A DNA stretch of 64,000 nt, from assembly GCF_009914755.1 (NCBI RefSeq), contig NC_060925.1. One strand, written 5' to 3'. Source of the DNA: the human T2T-CHM13v2.0 reference genome, Homo sapiens. The notes beneath the pieces are model-generated. The model worked only from the letters and a program-made list of their open reading frames with translations. It was not told the origin of the DNA and searched no databases. The first letter of the stretch is position 1. Each line of letters starts with the position of its first letter. The translations under genes and the position numbers were made by a program. This document shows positions 15,069 through 29,239 of the stretch, one piece after another.

Positions 15069-15898
15069 TCAGAGAAAACAATAAATAAATGAAGTGCCTC
15101 CTATAATTGTAGAATATTACAATCTGAAAGCAATTTCTAGGCTGCTTTTCAGGGAAAGTGAAACCAACAAGGGTTTGATGTTCTTGCTGAGTTGAAGAGA
15201 TGGAGACTGAAATTAAAGGAGACCAAGGTAGCTAGAAGTTGGAAGAAGGAGATAGTAGAGGAGATATTTACAGAGCTGCAGAGCTCTGAAGAAAGGGTCC
15301 CTGAAGTCTTTGGCTGAGACCTGCTATGAGTATGCATGTAAGAAAATAACCTGAAGCTGGAAAAAGAATCACCAAAAAATAGAAGGCAGAACACTATCTG
15401 GAGATCAAATGGGGATGAGAACAATTTATTCTTGCATCAGTCAGAATGGAAAGACTTCTAATATGTGAGATGCTGTATAAATTCCTTGAGTAAAATTGCC
15501 TTAGTAGTGGAACTAAATTAGCACTATACAAAAGTCTGCTCTAAACCTGGCCTAGAAAGTTAAAGAGCAAACCTTATAAAAATCAAGCTAATCTGAAGTA
15601 ACTTAAGTACAAGCCAAAATAAAGTGTGATGCTCTTTAAAATAATATAACAAAATCCAACAATCCAGCATAAAGAATACATAATATCTGCATTCAATCAA
15701 AAATGTGCAATGAAGTAGAAAAATATGAACCGCAACCAGGAGAAAACCTAATTAATTAAAGCAGACCCAGAAATGACAGGTGATAGAATTAGCCAATAAA
15801 GATGTTAAGATAGTTATCATAAAAATGCTTCATAAGCTCAAAAAGTAAAAAAGAAAAAAAAAAAGACATAAGCATAATGAGAAGAGAAACGAACTTTC

Positions 15899-15947
15899 TG
15901 TGTGTGTATGTGTGTGTGTGTATGTGTGTGTGTGTGTATGTGTGTGT
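15899..15947. repeat. (TG)n/(TGTA) microsatellite
   Basis: Direct read. Confidence 0.9.
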
Positions 15948-16149
15948 CCAAACAGAACTTCTGGAGATGCAGATGTAGAAGTTAGAAAACTTTTGTCTAT
16001 TTGGGTTATGTTAACTAATCCAAAAAAGTAAAGAAAAGAAGAGAGAAGGAAAGAAAATATTTTTACTTAACTGTAGAGAAAGGAGATAAACTAGAGAATT
16101 TCAAAGAACTGAACCGTTCTTACTCCAACTTTAAGAATACAACTTAATC

Positions 16150-16460
16150 AGGTTTGACAAATATTACAGTCATTACTACTATCACAATCATGACACAGAC
16201 AATTTTTATACACCCAAAAGTTCCCTCATGCCCTTTTGCAGTCAATACTGGCATCTGCTCCCAGTGTCCATCAAGTGATCAACTCTCTGCCTATATTATT
16301 TTGTGTTTTCTAGGATTTCATATAAATGGAATCAAACAGTATAACAACTTTTGTGTCTGGTTTCTTCCACTCAGCATAGTGCTTGTGATATTTACACACA
16401 TTATTGCACATAATAAAAGTTTATTTTTTAAATTGTTGAGTAGCACTTAATTATATAGAG
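16150..16460 (-). mobile_element. L1M 3'-end fragment in opposite orientation
   Basis: CCCAAAAGTTCCCTCATGCCC...TTTCATATAAATGGAATCA..CAGTAT antisense L1 3'UTR motifs. Confidence 0.75.
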
Positions 16461-16850
16461 ATGAAAAATACAATATCTGCAATGAAAAAGACATTGGGTG
16501 GAGTTCACAGCAGATCAAACAGAGGAGAAGAAAAGATTAGTAAATTTGAAGATATAGCAATATAATCTGTCCAAATGAAGGAGGAAAGGAAAAAACTTTA
16601 AAAGAAGAGAACAGAGCATCTGTTTGTAGAACAATGTCAGTGTGTATAATAGCAGTCCAGGATGGATAAGGAGAGGGATAGACAAAATGCTTAAAGAAAT
16701 AATGGTCAAAATTTTCCAAATTTGAAGAAAAATATCAACACATAAACACAACAAGCTCAAAGAAACTCAAGCAGAAAAATGTAAAGAAAAGCATACCAAG
16801 GTGCATCATGATGAAATTTCAGAGAAACAGTGATAAGAAAACCTTAAAAG

Positions 16851-17318
<468 letters not shown>

Positions 17319-18987
17319 CTATATCCAGGAAAAATGTAAGTAATGAATGAAGGTGAAATAAACAAAACAGACAAACAAAAGATGACATAATTTATTGCCA
17401 GCTACCTGAACTATAAGAAATGCTAAAAGAGGGTTTTCAAGAAGAAAGAAAATTATATTAGATTTAATCTACTGAAAGGAATGAATAGCACCAGTATGTG
17501 GTAAATATGGAATTAAATATAAATAACATTTTATTTCATTTTACAATCTTTTAAATAGTTGACAAGCTAAAGCAAATATAGTAACAACATAATGTATGAT
17601 TGTATCATAAGTAAAAGTAAAATAAATGACAAAAATTGCAGAGAAGACAGGAGAGGTGAGGGAACTATAACACTGTTAGGTTCTTACACTACACATAAAG
17701 TTATTTACTTAAAAGTATAATGTGATGAGTTAAAACTGTATATTGCAACTCTAGAGCAATCACTAAAATTATAAAACAAAGAACTGTGAGTAATAAATTC
17801 ATAGTGGACATAGAACGAAACTATTTTTAAAATTTAATTAACCCAAAAGAAGACAGAAAAAGAAAGAAATAAGAACAAAGAACAGATATGACAAATAGAA
17901 AATAGCAAAGTGGTAGATTTAACCCAACTATACTGATAATTACATTAAATTTAAATGAGTCAAACTTTTTAGTCAACAGGAAGAACTCGTGAGAATGTAT
18001 AAAAAAGCAAGACCCAATTATATGCTATCTATAAGAAACCTATCCTGTATATAGAAACTTTTGTAGGTCAAAAGTTAAAGGGTGAAAGACATCCTATACA
18101 AACACTAGTGAAAAGAAAGTTTAAATTACTACATTAGTACAGACATACAGACTTCAGAACCAGAATTTTAACCAGGAAAATGGAAGAATAGGTTATAGTT
18201 ATAACAGAGTCAATTTATCATAAGGACATAATTTTTCTAAATGTATGCACATAACAACAGAACTTCAAAACACAGCATGCAAAAACTGGTAGAACTAAAA
18301 GAAGAACTACAGAAATCCACAATTATTGTTAGAGACTTCAACACTCTTCTCTCAGTAATTAATAAGCTATCTAGTTACACACACACACACAAATTTAGGC
18401 ATATAGAAGAGATGAACAATAACATCCACAAACATGACCAATTAACATCTATAGAATACTCTACCCAACAGCAGTATAGTACCCATTTTTTATGCAGACA
18501 TGTAAAAACATTCACCAGATAGACCATATTTTGAAACATTTATCAAATATTTTGAGAAAATTAAAAGCTTGTGTTCTCTGACTATTGCAGAATAAAAATG
18601 GAAACGAACAGCAAAGAGCTAGCTAGAAAGAGCCAAAATATTTTAAAACAAAAAATACAGTTCTAAATAACACGAGTAAAAGAAGAAATTAAAGAGAAAA
18701 TCAGAATATATCTTTGAATGTATGAAAATGAAAGTGAATATATCACAATGTATTTGTGGGTAGAACTTTATAGAAAAGAAAGAAGCCTTAAATCTATTGT
18801 CTAAGTTTCTGTCTTAAGAAACCAGACAAAGAAGAAAACATTGAAGCCAAAATATCAGAAGAGTAAAACTAAAAAAGATGAGAACGGAAATAAGTTAGGT
18901 TGAAAACAGAACTTCAGCAGAGAAAAATTCAAGAATCATAAGCGGACCCTTTGAAAAGGTCAGTATGATTAATATGCCTCAGGGATT

Positions 18988-19100
18988 GAACTGTCAAATA
19001 TGGTAGCGACTGGCCTGGCCACATGAAGCTATTGAGTTGTAGTCAGAATAAAGTAAAATATGCTGTAGGTATGAAGTACCTACAGCATTTTGAAAATTTC
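18988..19100 (+). mobile_element. MER3/MER33-like hAT fragment
   Basis: CTGTCAAATATGGTAGCGACT...CCACATG..GCTATTGAG. Confidence 0.55.
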
Positions 19101-19774
19101 TAGAAAAAAATATGGGAGAAAATCTCTGTGTCCTTAGGGTAAGAAAGGTATCCTAGGACACAAAAAAGGCCAAACCACAAAATTTAAAAATTGATAAATT
19201 AGATATCCAAATTTTAAAAGTTTACTTTTCAAGCTTTTGCTCTTCCAAAGAAAATTTTAAGAAAATATAAAGGTAAACTGCAGAGGAGCAGGAATATTTG
19301 CAAAAAAAAAAAAAAATTGATAAAAGAGGTGAATCTAAAATATATTTTAAAATTTTTAATGGTTATTAGAAGATAACAGAAGACAACCCAGTTTTAAAAT
19401 GGGCAAAATATTTGAAATTATTTCACCACATAAGGTATAGAGTACATATAAGCATATTATAAGTTGTTCAATATAACTAGTGAAGAGGAAAATGAAAATT
19501 AAAACCACAATGAGCTATCAGAATATACCCACTAGAGTGGCCAAATTTAAAAGACTGAAAACACAGAGCGCTGGTGAGGGTGTGGAGCAACTGAAACGCT
19601 CATACATTGCTGATAGGAACACAAAATGTTGCGGTCACTTGGGGAAACAATTTGGTAGTTTCCTATAAATTTAAGCGTATGCTTTTTAACACAACAAAAC
19701 CATTCCACTTTGAGATTCACCCAAAAGAAAGGAAAACATGTATGTACACACAAAGACTTCTCATGAATGTTTTA

Positions 19775-20345
19775 AGTAACAGCGCTTCAGCCAAAAGTCC
19801 CCAGTAACATACCTAGAGCTAAACAAGCTGAGTTTATTACTCATTGCAGTGAGGGAGAGCAGATACCATGGGGAACCTTGGGTGTCTCAGTAAGAGGGCA
19901 TTAGAAAGAAGAAGCTATTGCAGGATTTGGAGTTTGCTTGGATGATTTGTTGGGCAGGCTAAGGAAGTAGGAGTTGACTCTAGATTGGGGATCTCAGAAA
20001 GAGAAGGAAATTCTATGATTGGGTAATTCAATAAATCTTATCTAAGGGAGCATGCAGCTGCAATTAGTAAAGATGTAGGAGTTATTCATTTTAGCCAAGA
20101 GGGGATGTTTAGTATTTTGTGGATGGCACAATGACATTGTTTCTGTTTGTGCTTAGACAAAATTATGAGGTGGGCTTATGAAGTGGGTTTGTTTTTGCTT
20201 TGTTTTATCATGGTCTCAGAGTAACCATATCTGAGTTTAGATTTTGTGAGATTGTTTGCATCCAATAGGAAAATAATTCAACCTAGCTGTAAGCCTCAGG
20301 CCAGCTTTCAAATGTCAGAGGATAACTTTTTCTTTTTTCCTTTCA
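19775..20345 (-). mobile_element. ERVL-class solo LTR (MER76-like) inserted in L1
   Basis: GAGTTTATTACTCATTGCAGTGAGGGAGA...CCATGGGGAACC..GTCTCAGTAAGAGGG; interrupts L1 3' sequence. Confidence 0.6.
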
Positions 20346-22639
20346 GTCAAAAACTGAAAACAATCCAAATGTTCATCAACTGGTGAATGTATAAACAAAT
20401 TGTGATGTAGGTGGGAACTTTTGGGTATGTGAAAATGGTCTATGTCATGATTGTGTTGGTAGTTTTGATTACAAACATTTCTCAAACCTCATCAACTTGT
20501 ATTCTTGAAGTTGGTGAGTTTTATTGTATGTAAATTTTATCTCTATAATCCTGATTTAAAACATATATATTTGCCCTCCTTTTAGGGTAAAAAATGGTTC
20601 AGTTCTTAGAAACATTCTAACCTATCTCTTGCTTCTAAAGGTGAGTAAAAACATGTCAATTCCTTCTAATTAGTTAACCTGCCCCAAGAGTAGAGAGAAG
20701 TTTTCTAATACAGAGGGGGACAAAGTTGGTTTCTTAGTGGATCCCCCCAGTCGTCAAGGGACACTTTACTACTTTTCTTTCCCCAGAATTGATCCTGTCA
20801 GTGGCCCCAGTATTCCAATTTTCATGGCCACAGCTCTGAGTATCCCAGATATGAATATCCTGGCTCTGATGAAATAAAGGTCAGCAAACAAAACACTGGG
20901 AAATTATCTCCCTTCTCTTGACTTCAGTTCTTACCCTAAACAAAGGGAGATGGGTGGATAACAAGGATTTTTCATGGTACTTCCAGCTCTAAAAGTGTAC
21001 TATACAATGCTGCCTTAGATATTCAGTGTATATTGGTGTGTGCATGCATAAATATGTTGTTAATAATGTGGGTTGAACAAGAGAGAGGTGGACGCTACAG
21101 AGTTGACAGATTATTTCATCTAGTTAAAACAGCAGAAGTCTGAATGATTTATGGGAATTCTTCAGAGTGTATAATGCTTATTAATTTAATAAAAATGGTT
21201 ATTGCTTATAATAATGGAAACTACTTAATAAAAATAAGATGGAAATATCCTTAAAGTAATAATTTGATTTCAGCTCTGATTCTTCTCATGTTAACTTCTC
21301 TGGCCAAAACTCAGTTTCTAACACTAGTGCTACCATTTGACTCCACCAGAGGGGTCTACTCTGAGCCCCACAGTTTAGCAGGCTCCTCTCTGTCCTACTC
21401 TTCCAACTGCTCTCCACTCCATGGAATGAAAAGTCCATGGGCAGAAAGGACATGCCTACCCAGTGACTGTGGTTTCCCTCCCACCTCATCCATCTAGACC
21501 ACACTCAGAGTACCTAGACCCCACAATCCCCTGCCCAATCAGCTTGGAGTTCACTGCCAGCAGCTAGGTAGGTTTTCTCCCAGGTCTTTCTGTTTTCCCA
21601 TGCCGCAGATTGAGGGGAAGAAAGAGGTTTAGTGATGAAGATTGGACACAGCTTGATTATACAGACTGTGGCCTTCACATGCATGCTCACTGAGGCCCTT
21701 GTGATGCAACTCACAGACAGCAGTGGGAAGAAAAAGAAGGGTCATAGGTCAGGGACCAGGTGTCCCCATGTCCCCATGCTACCACGTTCAGCAACAGAAT
21801 TCTGAGGAGTCTAAGAGTTCTGCATGCACACTGGGGAGTAAGGCTGTTATAAATGTCAATGTAGACATTTAGAACATAACTTATTTAACAGTTAGTTGGT
21901 TTGATTTAAAATGTTTAAATAGGTAGACATATGGAATATGAGCCTCCATTTGGTACTTTTGCCTTGGGGTTCTGTAACCATTAGGAGCAGGCCTGTTCAG
22001 AACCAGTAGACAGGTTGAGGGTGTTTACTTGCTATAGGCAATGTACCTCAGCCTGGGCTTACATAGAAATGTCTGAAGTGCACCATCTCTGTGCCATTGA
22101 CTCCCTTCCTGTTATTGAATGCAAGAATTTAGACCATGATTTTCAATGCTCTGAGTCCCTTCTATTTATCATTCCACTTAATTTAAAACAAAATAAGTGG
22201 AAGGATTCTCATTATAAACTCTGATTAGTGGTATATTTAATATATACTGACCTTAATTTTCTACCACAGAGATTAGTTTAGGAGAAAGCCAAGTCTAGCA
22301 TGAAAAGATTGGGGAAGGGAGGTGTTTTCAAATGAGTTCAAAAAAAAAAAAAAAAAACCATTAAAAGTAATTTTGAGCTGTACCAGTTAAATTGCTAGCC
22401 AGGAAAGGGGGCAAATAAGTCAAACAGAAAACAAGCAGATAATGAAGTACTTGGAGAATTTATAGGATACAACATTTACCAGAAATAGAAAAAATACATA
22501 GGTAAAAAAATAAAAGCAAGGCCTATTCAGCTTCGTAAGGCCAGCTTTGATTAGTTCTCAGGCTTTCCACTGGAGAGAGAGAAAGGGGTGTGTGTGTGTG
22601 TGTTTGCACGTGTGCACACGCAGGCGTGTGTAAGGATGA

Positions 22640-23040
22640 AAAGGGCACGGGGGGAAAAGTCCCTGCAAACAGCTCCTTGTTGTTTGCAGAAAGTAACCTG
22701 ACCCATCAGGTTATCCCCCGTGGTGGTCATATTTTCATCTAGCTCCCTTATTGGGAAACAAAATATATCTCACAAGACATTCTCAGCCTCCCTAGAACTT
22801 CTGGTGTCATCAATTTGCCTTCAGAGTCCTGCAGGGTTAAGAAGAAAGTGTGGAAGTCTTGCTACAGCAGAGAGATTTAATGATTAACTGTGGGGTTGAC
22901 AGGTGTCCAGAACACCCAGTAATCTTGACATTTTGATGTCAAAATAAACTTACTGGAAGCAGGTATGTGGGTTTAAAAGACATGTCCATATGGTGTCTGC
23001 TTATTTCACATGAGGAGTCATTTTTATGATCTATAGTGCG
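22640..23040. promoter_or_regulatory. Candidate enhancer (motif-dense unique block)
   Basis: Inverted forkhead cores GCAAACA/TGTTTGC, TGACAGGTGTCC, TAATGATTA, TTGACAT..ATGTCAA; motif evidence only. Confidence 0.35.
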
Positions 23041-23863
23041 TTTCCAAAATACTTAAGCCATGACTCAGAGACCCACTCAGACTGGGCAGACCAGTGCCAG
23101 TAGCCCACAGGCTGGGAGCAGGTCCCTGGCTGGGCTAGATCAGGGAGGACAGGCAGAAAGCCTTTAAGTGCTGCAAGATCCTGTGTTCTACCGGCCTCAT
23201 GGGGCATTTAAAAAACATGACACATCTCATTAAAATCAACTTTAATTTGGTGGATATAAGATTTTGCGAATGCTATTAATCCACTCAACCACTGAGTGTA
23301 ATACAGTGGGAAAGCACCAGGCAGGGATCAGGAGACTTGGCCCCATCCAGCTGAGTAGGTCACTTGCCTTCCCCACCCCGGCCACCTACCTAGGGCTAAC
23401 TTTAGATGACACTGAGGCATGCCCCAGGAATTGAAAAATGAGGGAAACAAGAACAGTTGTTGAAAATGATTAATTTCACACAAAGTATATCAGAGTAGAA
23501 ATCTTTAAAATGGTCTGAAAGGGAGTCTAATTTCCTGGATAGTGTCCATTTAAAAGATGAGCAATGAAAATATAGAACACAGGGAAACAGAGCCGTCCAT
23601 CTGAGTACTGCTCAGTGGAGAAAGCGCTCTGAAGGGTTAATGGGGGTTTGAGGCACCTGGCAGGTGGACCCCTGTGTAGGGAGGCGCTGGGCAATATTAA
23701 ACCTGGAAGACCCACAGACACTTCCTCCTGAGGCTAAGCTCCACAAGAACCCTCCTAATTACTAGTTGGCTTCTCATGTAGCTTATCTAGAGGAAGAAAT
23801 TATGTTGGCCAGAAAATGCAAGTGTAGTGTCACCTTGGAAGTTCTAGCTGAAATTGTGCGCTA

Positions 23864-24168
23864 GGCTGGGTGTGGTGGCTCACACCTGTAATTCCAGCAC
23901 TTTGGGAGGTCAAGGCAGGCAGATCACCTAAGGTCAGGAGTTCAAGACCAGCATGGCCAATATGGTGGAACCCCCTCTCTACTAAAAATACAAAAATTAG
24001 CCAGGCGTGGTGGCACACGCCCATATTCCCAGCCACTAAGGAGGCTGAGGCAGGAGAATTGTTTAAGCCTGGGCGTTGGAGGTTTCAGTGAGCAGAGATT
24101 GCGCCACTGCACTCCAGCCTGGGTGACTGAGTGAGACTCCAACTCACAAAAAAAAAAAAAAAATTAAA
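23864..24168 (+). mobile_element. AluS
   Basis: Dimeric Alu; TSD AAATTGTG(C/T)GCTA. Confidence 0.95.
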
Positions 24169-24194
24169 AAATTGTGTGCTAATAAAAATGTTAG

Positions 24195-24400
24195 TCTCTT
24201 GTAAATTTTTTCTGACTTTACCATTTACTAGCTGGTGTCCTTGGGCATGTTACTTTCCTCTAAATCTCAGATTCCTCATCTATACAAGGGAAAATACAAC
24301 CTCACCATTCTCCTGGGTTTGCTGTGAGAGCTTAGTGATTAAAGCATGTATTTAGCACAGTGCTGGGCACATAGTATTGTCCAATAAATGTCAGCTAGTA
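24195..24400 (+). mobile_element. MIR
   Basis: CCTTGGGCATGTTACTT..CTCAGATTCCTCATCTATA; GCACAGTGCTGGGCACATAGTA..CAATAAATG. Confidence 0.8.
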
Positions 24401-26639
24401 CTGTCACTGTGTTCTTTTCCCTTCCTCTTTTCTCTTCTGCCTGCTTCTTATCTTTCCACCCATGTACGCTCCACCTGTCTACTCACTCATCTACCCAGCC
24501 CAGCCAGCCAGCTAACCATTCAAGTAAATTTAGCAGTCATTTACCATCCAGTAAAATGTTTTAGGGACCAGGGAATGGGCTAGACACTGAAGCTTCAAAG
24601 ATAAATTATACATAGTTCATTTCCCCAAGGGCTCACTCTCTTCCAAACACTGGAGGCTGCCATCCTCTAATATAAAGAACATGTAATAGGTGCAGCTGTA
24701 TTGAACACTTTGATGTTATTATCGATGGTGAGTATCAGTCTCCCTGGTGAACTCTAGGATACAGATAAAATTGAGTCTCTGAACCTGTAAAGCTGAGGGA
24801 TGATCTCCAAACCTTAATGAATCAGCAGTCTTATTAAGCCTTTTAGAAGCCAGGCCTCTCGTGGTGACATTCCTCTGTATTTCCTTTTACTATGATTCCT
24901 CCGTGACAACTTCTACACTATGCATTATGATTCAAAATGTTTGCACATGACAAAATCTGGCTTTAGTAGAATATTTGATGTTGGTACCATAACCCTTTAG
25001 GCCAGACTGTCCAAGTCCTATGGATAACATATTTCCAAATGTCTATTATTCCCCTTATGTAAGTTTTCCCTTAACACTATTTTCATCCCTGCCATCCCTG
25101 GCCCCCTGCCCAGGAGATTAGAAACCATAACACAGCATCTATTCACTATAAGGTGCTGTTGGGACTGAGAGCATTTGCCTTCCTGCAACGATATTAACAA
25201 ACTCAAAAGTCCTTGAAGAAAAATGTTTCAGTGGTCACCACCTTTACTCGTGTTTCCACCTAGACTCTCTGAAAGACAGGGTGGGAAGAGTTTTCCACAA
25301 CTATAAATGGATTTGAAAACTCAGTGAAGAAAATTATCTGTCTCTATGGAGAGCCAGGGTGACATGACAGATAATTAGCAGGACGACCTGTTTCTCTGAG
25401 ATGGGAAGCTTAGCCATATCAAGGACTTAAAGCCCCCAGTCCTTCTTATATCCCCTAGTGAATTCATTCTCTGCAAACAACCAGCTCTGCCAACTGATAG
25501 TGACTTTCACCTTGAATCCTTCAAAGTCACCTTTCTTTGAAAATCCCTTCACTATGACACAGAATAATAATAGCTTTGCTAACTTGGCTGCAGTTCATAG
25601 GATATGTTGGGTTGGAAGTGAGTTGAAACCCAGAAGAACTGACCTGTCCAACAGGATCAAGCCTTGAATATGGATGTGCCTCATATACTGTCTTTCTTCA
25701 AGGGCAATTACTCATTTTCTCCTTTAGAGTATAGAGCCTGAGCAACTAGAGAGTTTTCCTGATATATATTTAAGTGGATAGAGAGTTTAGGGCAAAGTGG
25801 GAGAAATGCTTCTCCACTGGTATATTATGCTGAAATATTTTTTGTTGATGTGCAGTGGTGCTTTGTGTAAGAGGAAAAGAGAAATATGTGCTGAACAGGG
25901 CAATGGCTTAACAAAGGGGCAAGTTACCCAATCTATTTCCTGAGACCTGGGCTGATGGCTACTGAATTTCAAGGGTGTTATTACTTGTAATCCACAAATG
26001 CTCCCCTTGACTAGCCTTAGGGGCCTGTTTTTAAAATAAGCCTCTCAGAGTAAATTGGCATAAGTAGAAAATTTGCCCTTAACTTTCCTTCCCAGTAGGC
26101 AGTAATTTCACTTAAATTTCCCATAGTTTTTACTTACATATTAACCAGTTATCAGGCTCGAGGAGGAGGAAAAAGCTTCCAGAGAACTTCACAGGAGAGG
26201 CCCAGGGTAAAGGAGAACCAGGAGATCCACCAGAATGGAGAAGCTTGAGAGGACAAGCCCCTGCCACCGAAGAGCTGCCACTGATTCCGAAAACTGAATT
26301 TAAGCTGATTCTCTTGAGCAGTTCCCAATCCTTTTTCCTTACTGTTCAGTCTTGTTCCAGAAGTAGCAGACAAGAGAGTGCCAGTGTGTCCTTTCCTATC
26401 TCAGTATGCTTTAGGACATCTCACTTCATCAAAATAGCATAGGCCTCATGTAGCTCAGAGGGCTGAAACTGGCATGCGGCAAATCAGGTGAAGAATTGGT
26501 GCCATTCAGGTGTCTGCTTGATGCCCAAGCCATAAACATAGAGGGTTTCATCTCCGCCAGGCACAGCCTATAAATAGGGCTGGCTATCTCTTTCCTCCCT
26601 ATCTCTCCACCTTAGTTTTCTTCTGACTCTTTTTTCCCA

Positions 26640-26860
26640 ATAACAGTAATAATAGCTAACATTTACTGAACACAGTTCATGTTAAATGTGTGCTGAGCAC
26701 ACGACTTACTACTTCATTTAATATACCCAAATCCTATAAATGCTATCATTTTCATCATCATCATCATTATCATTAAGAGGTTTACGGACTTGCATAATTA
26801 CATGGAAGAGTTAGGGTTTGAATCCAGGTAGTTTGATTCAACGTTCACATATTTTACCAT
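26640..26860 (-). mobile_element. MIR
   Basis: AATAATAGCTAACATTTACTGA...GGGTTTGAATCCAGG. Confidence 0.7.
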
Positions 26861-26979
26861 CTCACCAGTTCACCTTAGCTCTATGTAGAATGTTGAGTCA
26901 TGAGAAAAAGGGAGCAGTTTAATTATTCTGGAAGATGTAGGTTTGTTTAAAGCATCGGGTTTTGTGGTAATAAGCTAGA

Positions 26980-27200
26980 GGAAAGTCAACTGAATTGCAG
27001 CATGAAAAATGTAGGTTAGCAATAAAGAAGAACTTCTTGAAGGCAAAGAATATTTAAAATTGCCATTCCATTATCTTTTTGGATCGGTATAAGTCATGAG
27101 AAACAACATTAATACATATGTTTTCAGAGTTGTTTAGGTAGTCACTCCTAAAGCAGAAAATCAATCACCGGCACTTTCCAGACACATTAGATTATTGGTG
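26980..27200 (+). mobile_element. L3/CR1 3' fragment
   Basis: AATTGCAGCATGAAAAATGTAGGTTAG..ATAAAGAAGAACTT. Confidence 0.5.
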
Positions 27201-27564
27201 AATGAATTTCTGGTATTAGTGTTTCCGGCTCTGTCCTTTCACAGCACACGCAGGGAAGTACTCCCTTAGCCCATTAGTCTGCCACTTTTTCTCATTCATC
27301 TCTGTGCTTTTGGTTGACTGAGAATTCTTAACAAATAGAATGGCTTCCCCTAACTGCCAGTTCACAGATCAATTGGTAGTGGCTGCCTCTATTGCTGAAC
27401 CGAGAAGAACTGGCAAGCCAAAAGAACGCAGGCTCTATTTCCTCTGTCTGCCATGGACCAAGGAAGAGTGCATTTGCCAACTGTGCGGAGCATAAGTTGC
27501 CTCCTTTATAATGTGCAGAGAGCAGATGATGGGGCAATGAACACGAAAATGAGTTGGGGGCCTG

Positions 27565-27710
27565 AGGCAGCATGTTGGTGGAGTGTGGAGGGAAGAGCTT
27601 TGGGAGCCAGACAGACTTGTGTTGAAATCCCTCTAAATCACAAATTAGCTCTGTGACCTTGAATAAATTATTGAAGCTTCCTGAGCCTCAGTTTCCACAT
27701 CTTAAAAAGC
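27565..27710 (+). mobile_element. MIR
   Basis: GGAGCCAGACAGAC...TAGCTCTGTGACCTTG..TGAGCCTCAGTTTCC. Confidence 0.8.
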
Positions 27711-28422
27711 ATCCATTTATAGCTACAAAAAAAGGCGTGCAATGAAAGTGACTATTTATATCGTTTTTTAAAATAAATGTACTTGCCTGATTTTAATCAT
27801 AATCTGAACTCATTTTATGTTTCTCTATGTATTACTAAATTCCTCCCTCTGTTGTAGTCAAGCTGGGCCACTCAATGTGGTACTTTTTTGTTGCTTTATC
27901 TAGAATATTTCTCTCACCCCACAAAATCCCCTCCTACTATCCTCTAAATTCCATATTGTCTAAGAAACTTTCCCTCGAAGAGTCTCACCCACCTCTCGCC
28001 CTTTTAAACTTCAAAAACACACAAGATTCTTTGTAATCCAGCCTCCATTCACTTCCCCAGGCTCATCTCCTGCCACACACCTTCCAATTTAGGCATCAGA
28101 AATGCCAAATCACTTACAGTTCCAAAAGTTACTATGCTGCTTTTTGTGTCTGATTTTTGGAACTGGTTTCTTCGTCTAAAATGCGTGTCGACTGGTGAAC
28201 TCCTACTCATCCTGAACTTCTTGTAAGTGGTGTCACCTCCTCTACATAAAGCATCCCCTGAAGTCCTCTCCCTCTGGCCTACCAAAACTCATTACCCATA
28301 TTTCTGCGTTAATTTGGCAGCTTCTGCATTTGTTATCATTGCCTTCATCATACAATGTTATAAATCACTTATTCACATCTATCCAGATATAAACTCTTCG
28401 AGAGTAGGAGCAATGTAGTATG

Positions 28423-28761
28423 TTTTTGTTGTTGTGATTTTTTGGTTTTGTTTTGTTTTTTGAGATGGAGTCTCCCTCTGTTGCCCAGGCTGGAGTGCAG
28501 TGGTGTGATCTCAGCTCACTACAACCTCCGCCTCCCAGGTTCAAGCAATTTTCCCTACCTCAGCCTCCTGAGTAGCTGGGATTACAGGCACCTGCTACCA
28601 CACCTGGCTAATTTTTGTGGCTTTTTTTTTTTTTTTTTTTCAGTAGAGACAGGGTTTTGCCATGTTGGCCAGGCTGGTCTCGAACTCCTGACCTCAGGTG
28701 ATCTGCCCACCTAAGCCTCCCAAAGCAGTGGGATTACAGGCGTGAGCCACTGCACCCGGCC
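28423..28761 (-). mobile_element. AluS inserted in an L2 relic
   Basis: Antisense Alu; imperfect TSD TGTAGT(A/G)TGT. Confidence 0.93.
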
Positions 28762-29239
28762 TGTAGTGTGTATTTTTTATGGCCAGGCTGTAGTACAGTG
28801 CTTGGCATACATTAAGGAGGGGCTCAAAAACATTTGAAGACTTGACCTAAATATCACACATATCTGAAATGCTATTTTGCTTTTGATTATATATTCTCTT
28901 AGTCTGTTCTTATGCTTATCTGTCTAGACTTCTCAATAGGTTGTAAGTACGTTGGAGGCAGAAGCAGCCTTGGTTTATACTTGAATCTCCTAGAGGGTGA
29001 GCATTTACTAGATAATTGTCAGGTGAGATGATGCAATAGATAAGAGGATGGAAATGGATTTGCAGCAAGAAAGCGAGTGGATCCCTACCCCTCACAATCA
29101 TGAGGCTGGCAACAACTCTTCCAAACACACAGAAAAAAACACACAGGGCTGACCATACATTTGTCCTTCCTAGACAGCCTGGAGATCTTATTGATAAGGT
29201 CAAATTCATACTTTTGGATAGATCAGGAGTAGAAAGAAA

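Noticed and set aside
18241-19668. ORFs with L1 ORF2 endonuclease and C-terminal similarity
   Set aside because: Short remnants of a dead L1M; not an intact or evidently domesticated ORF.
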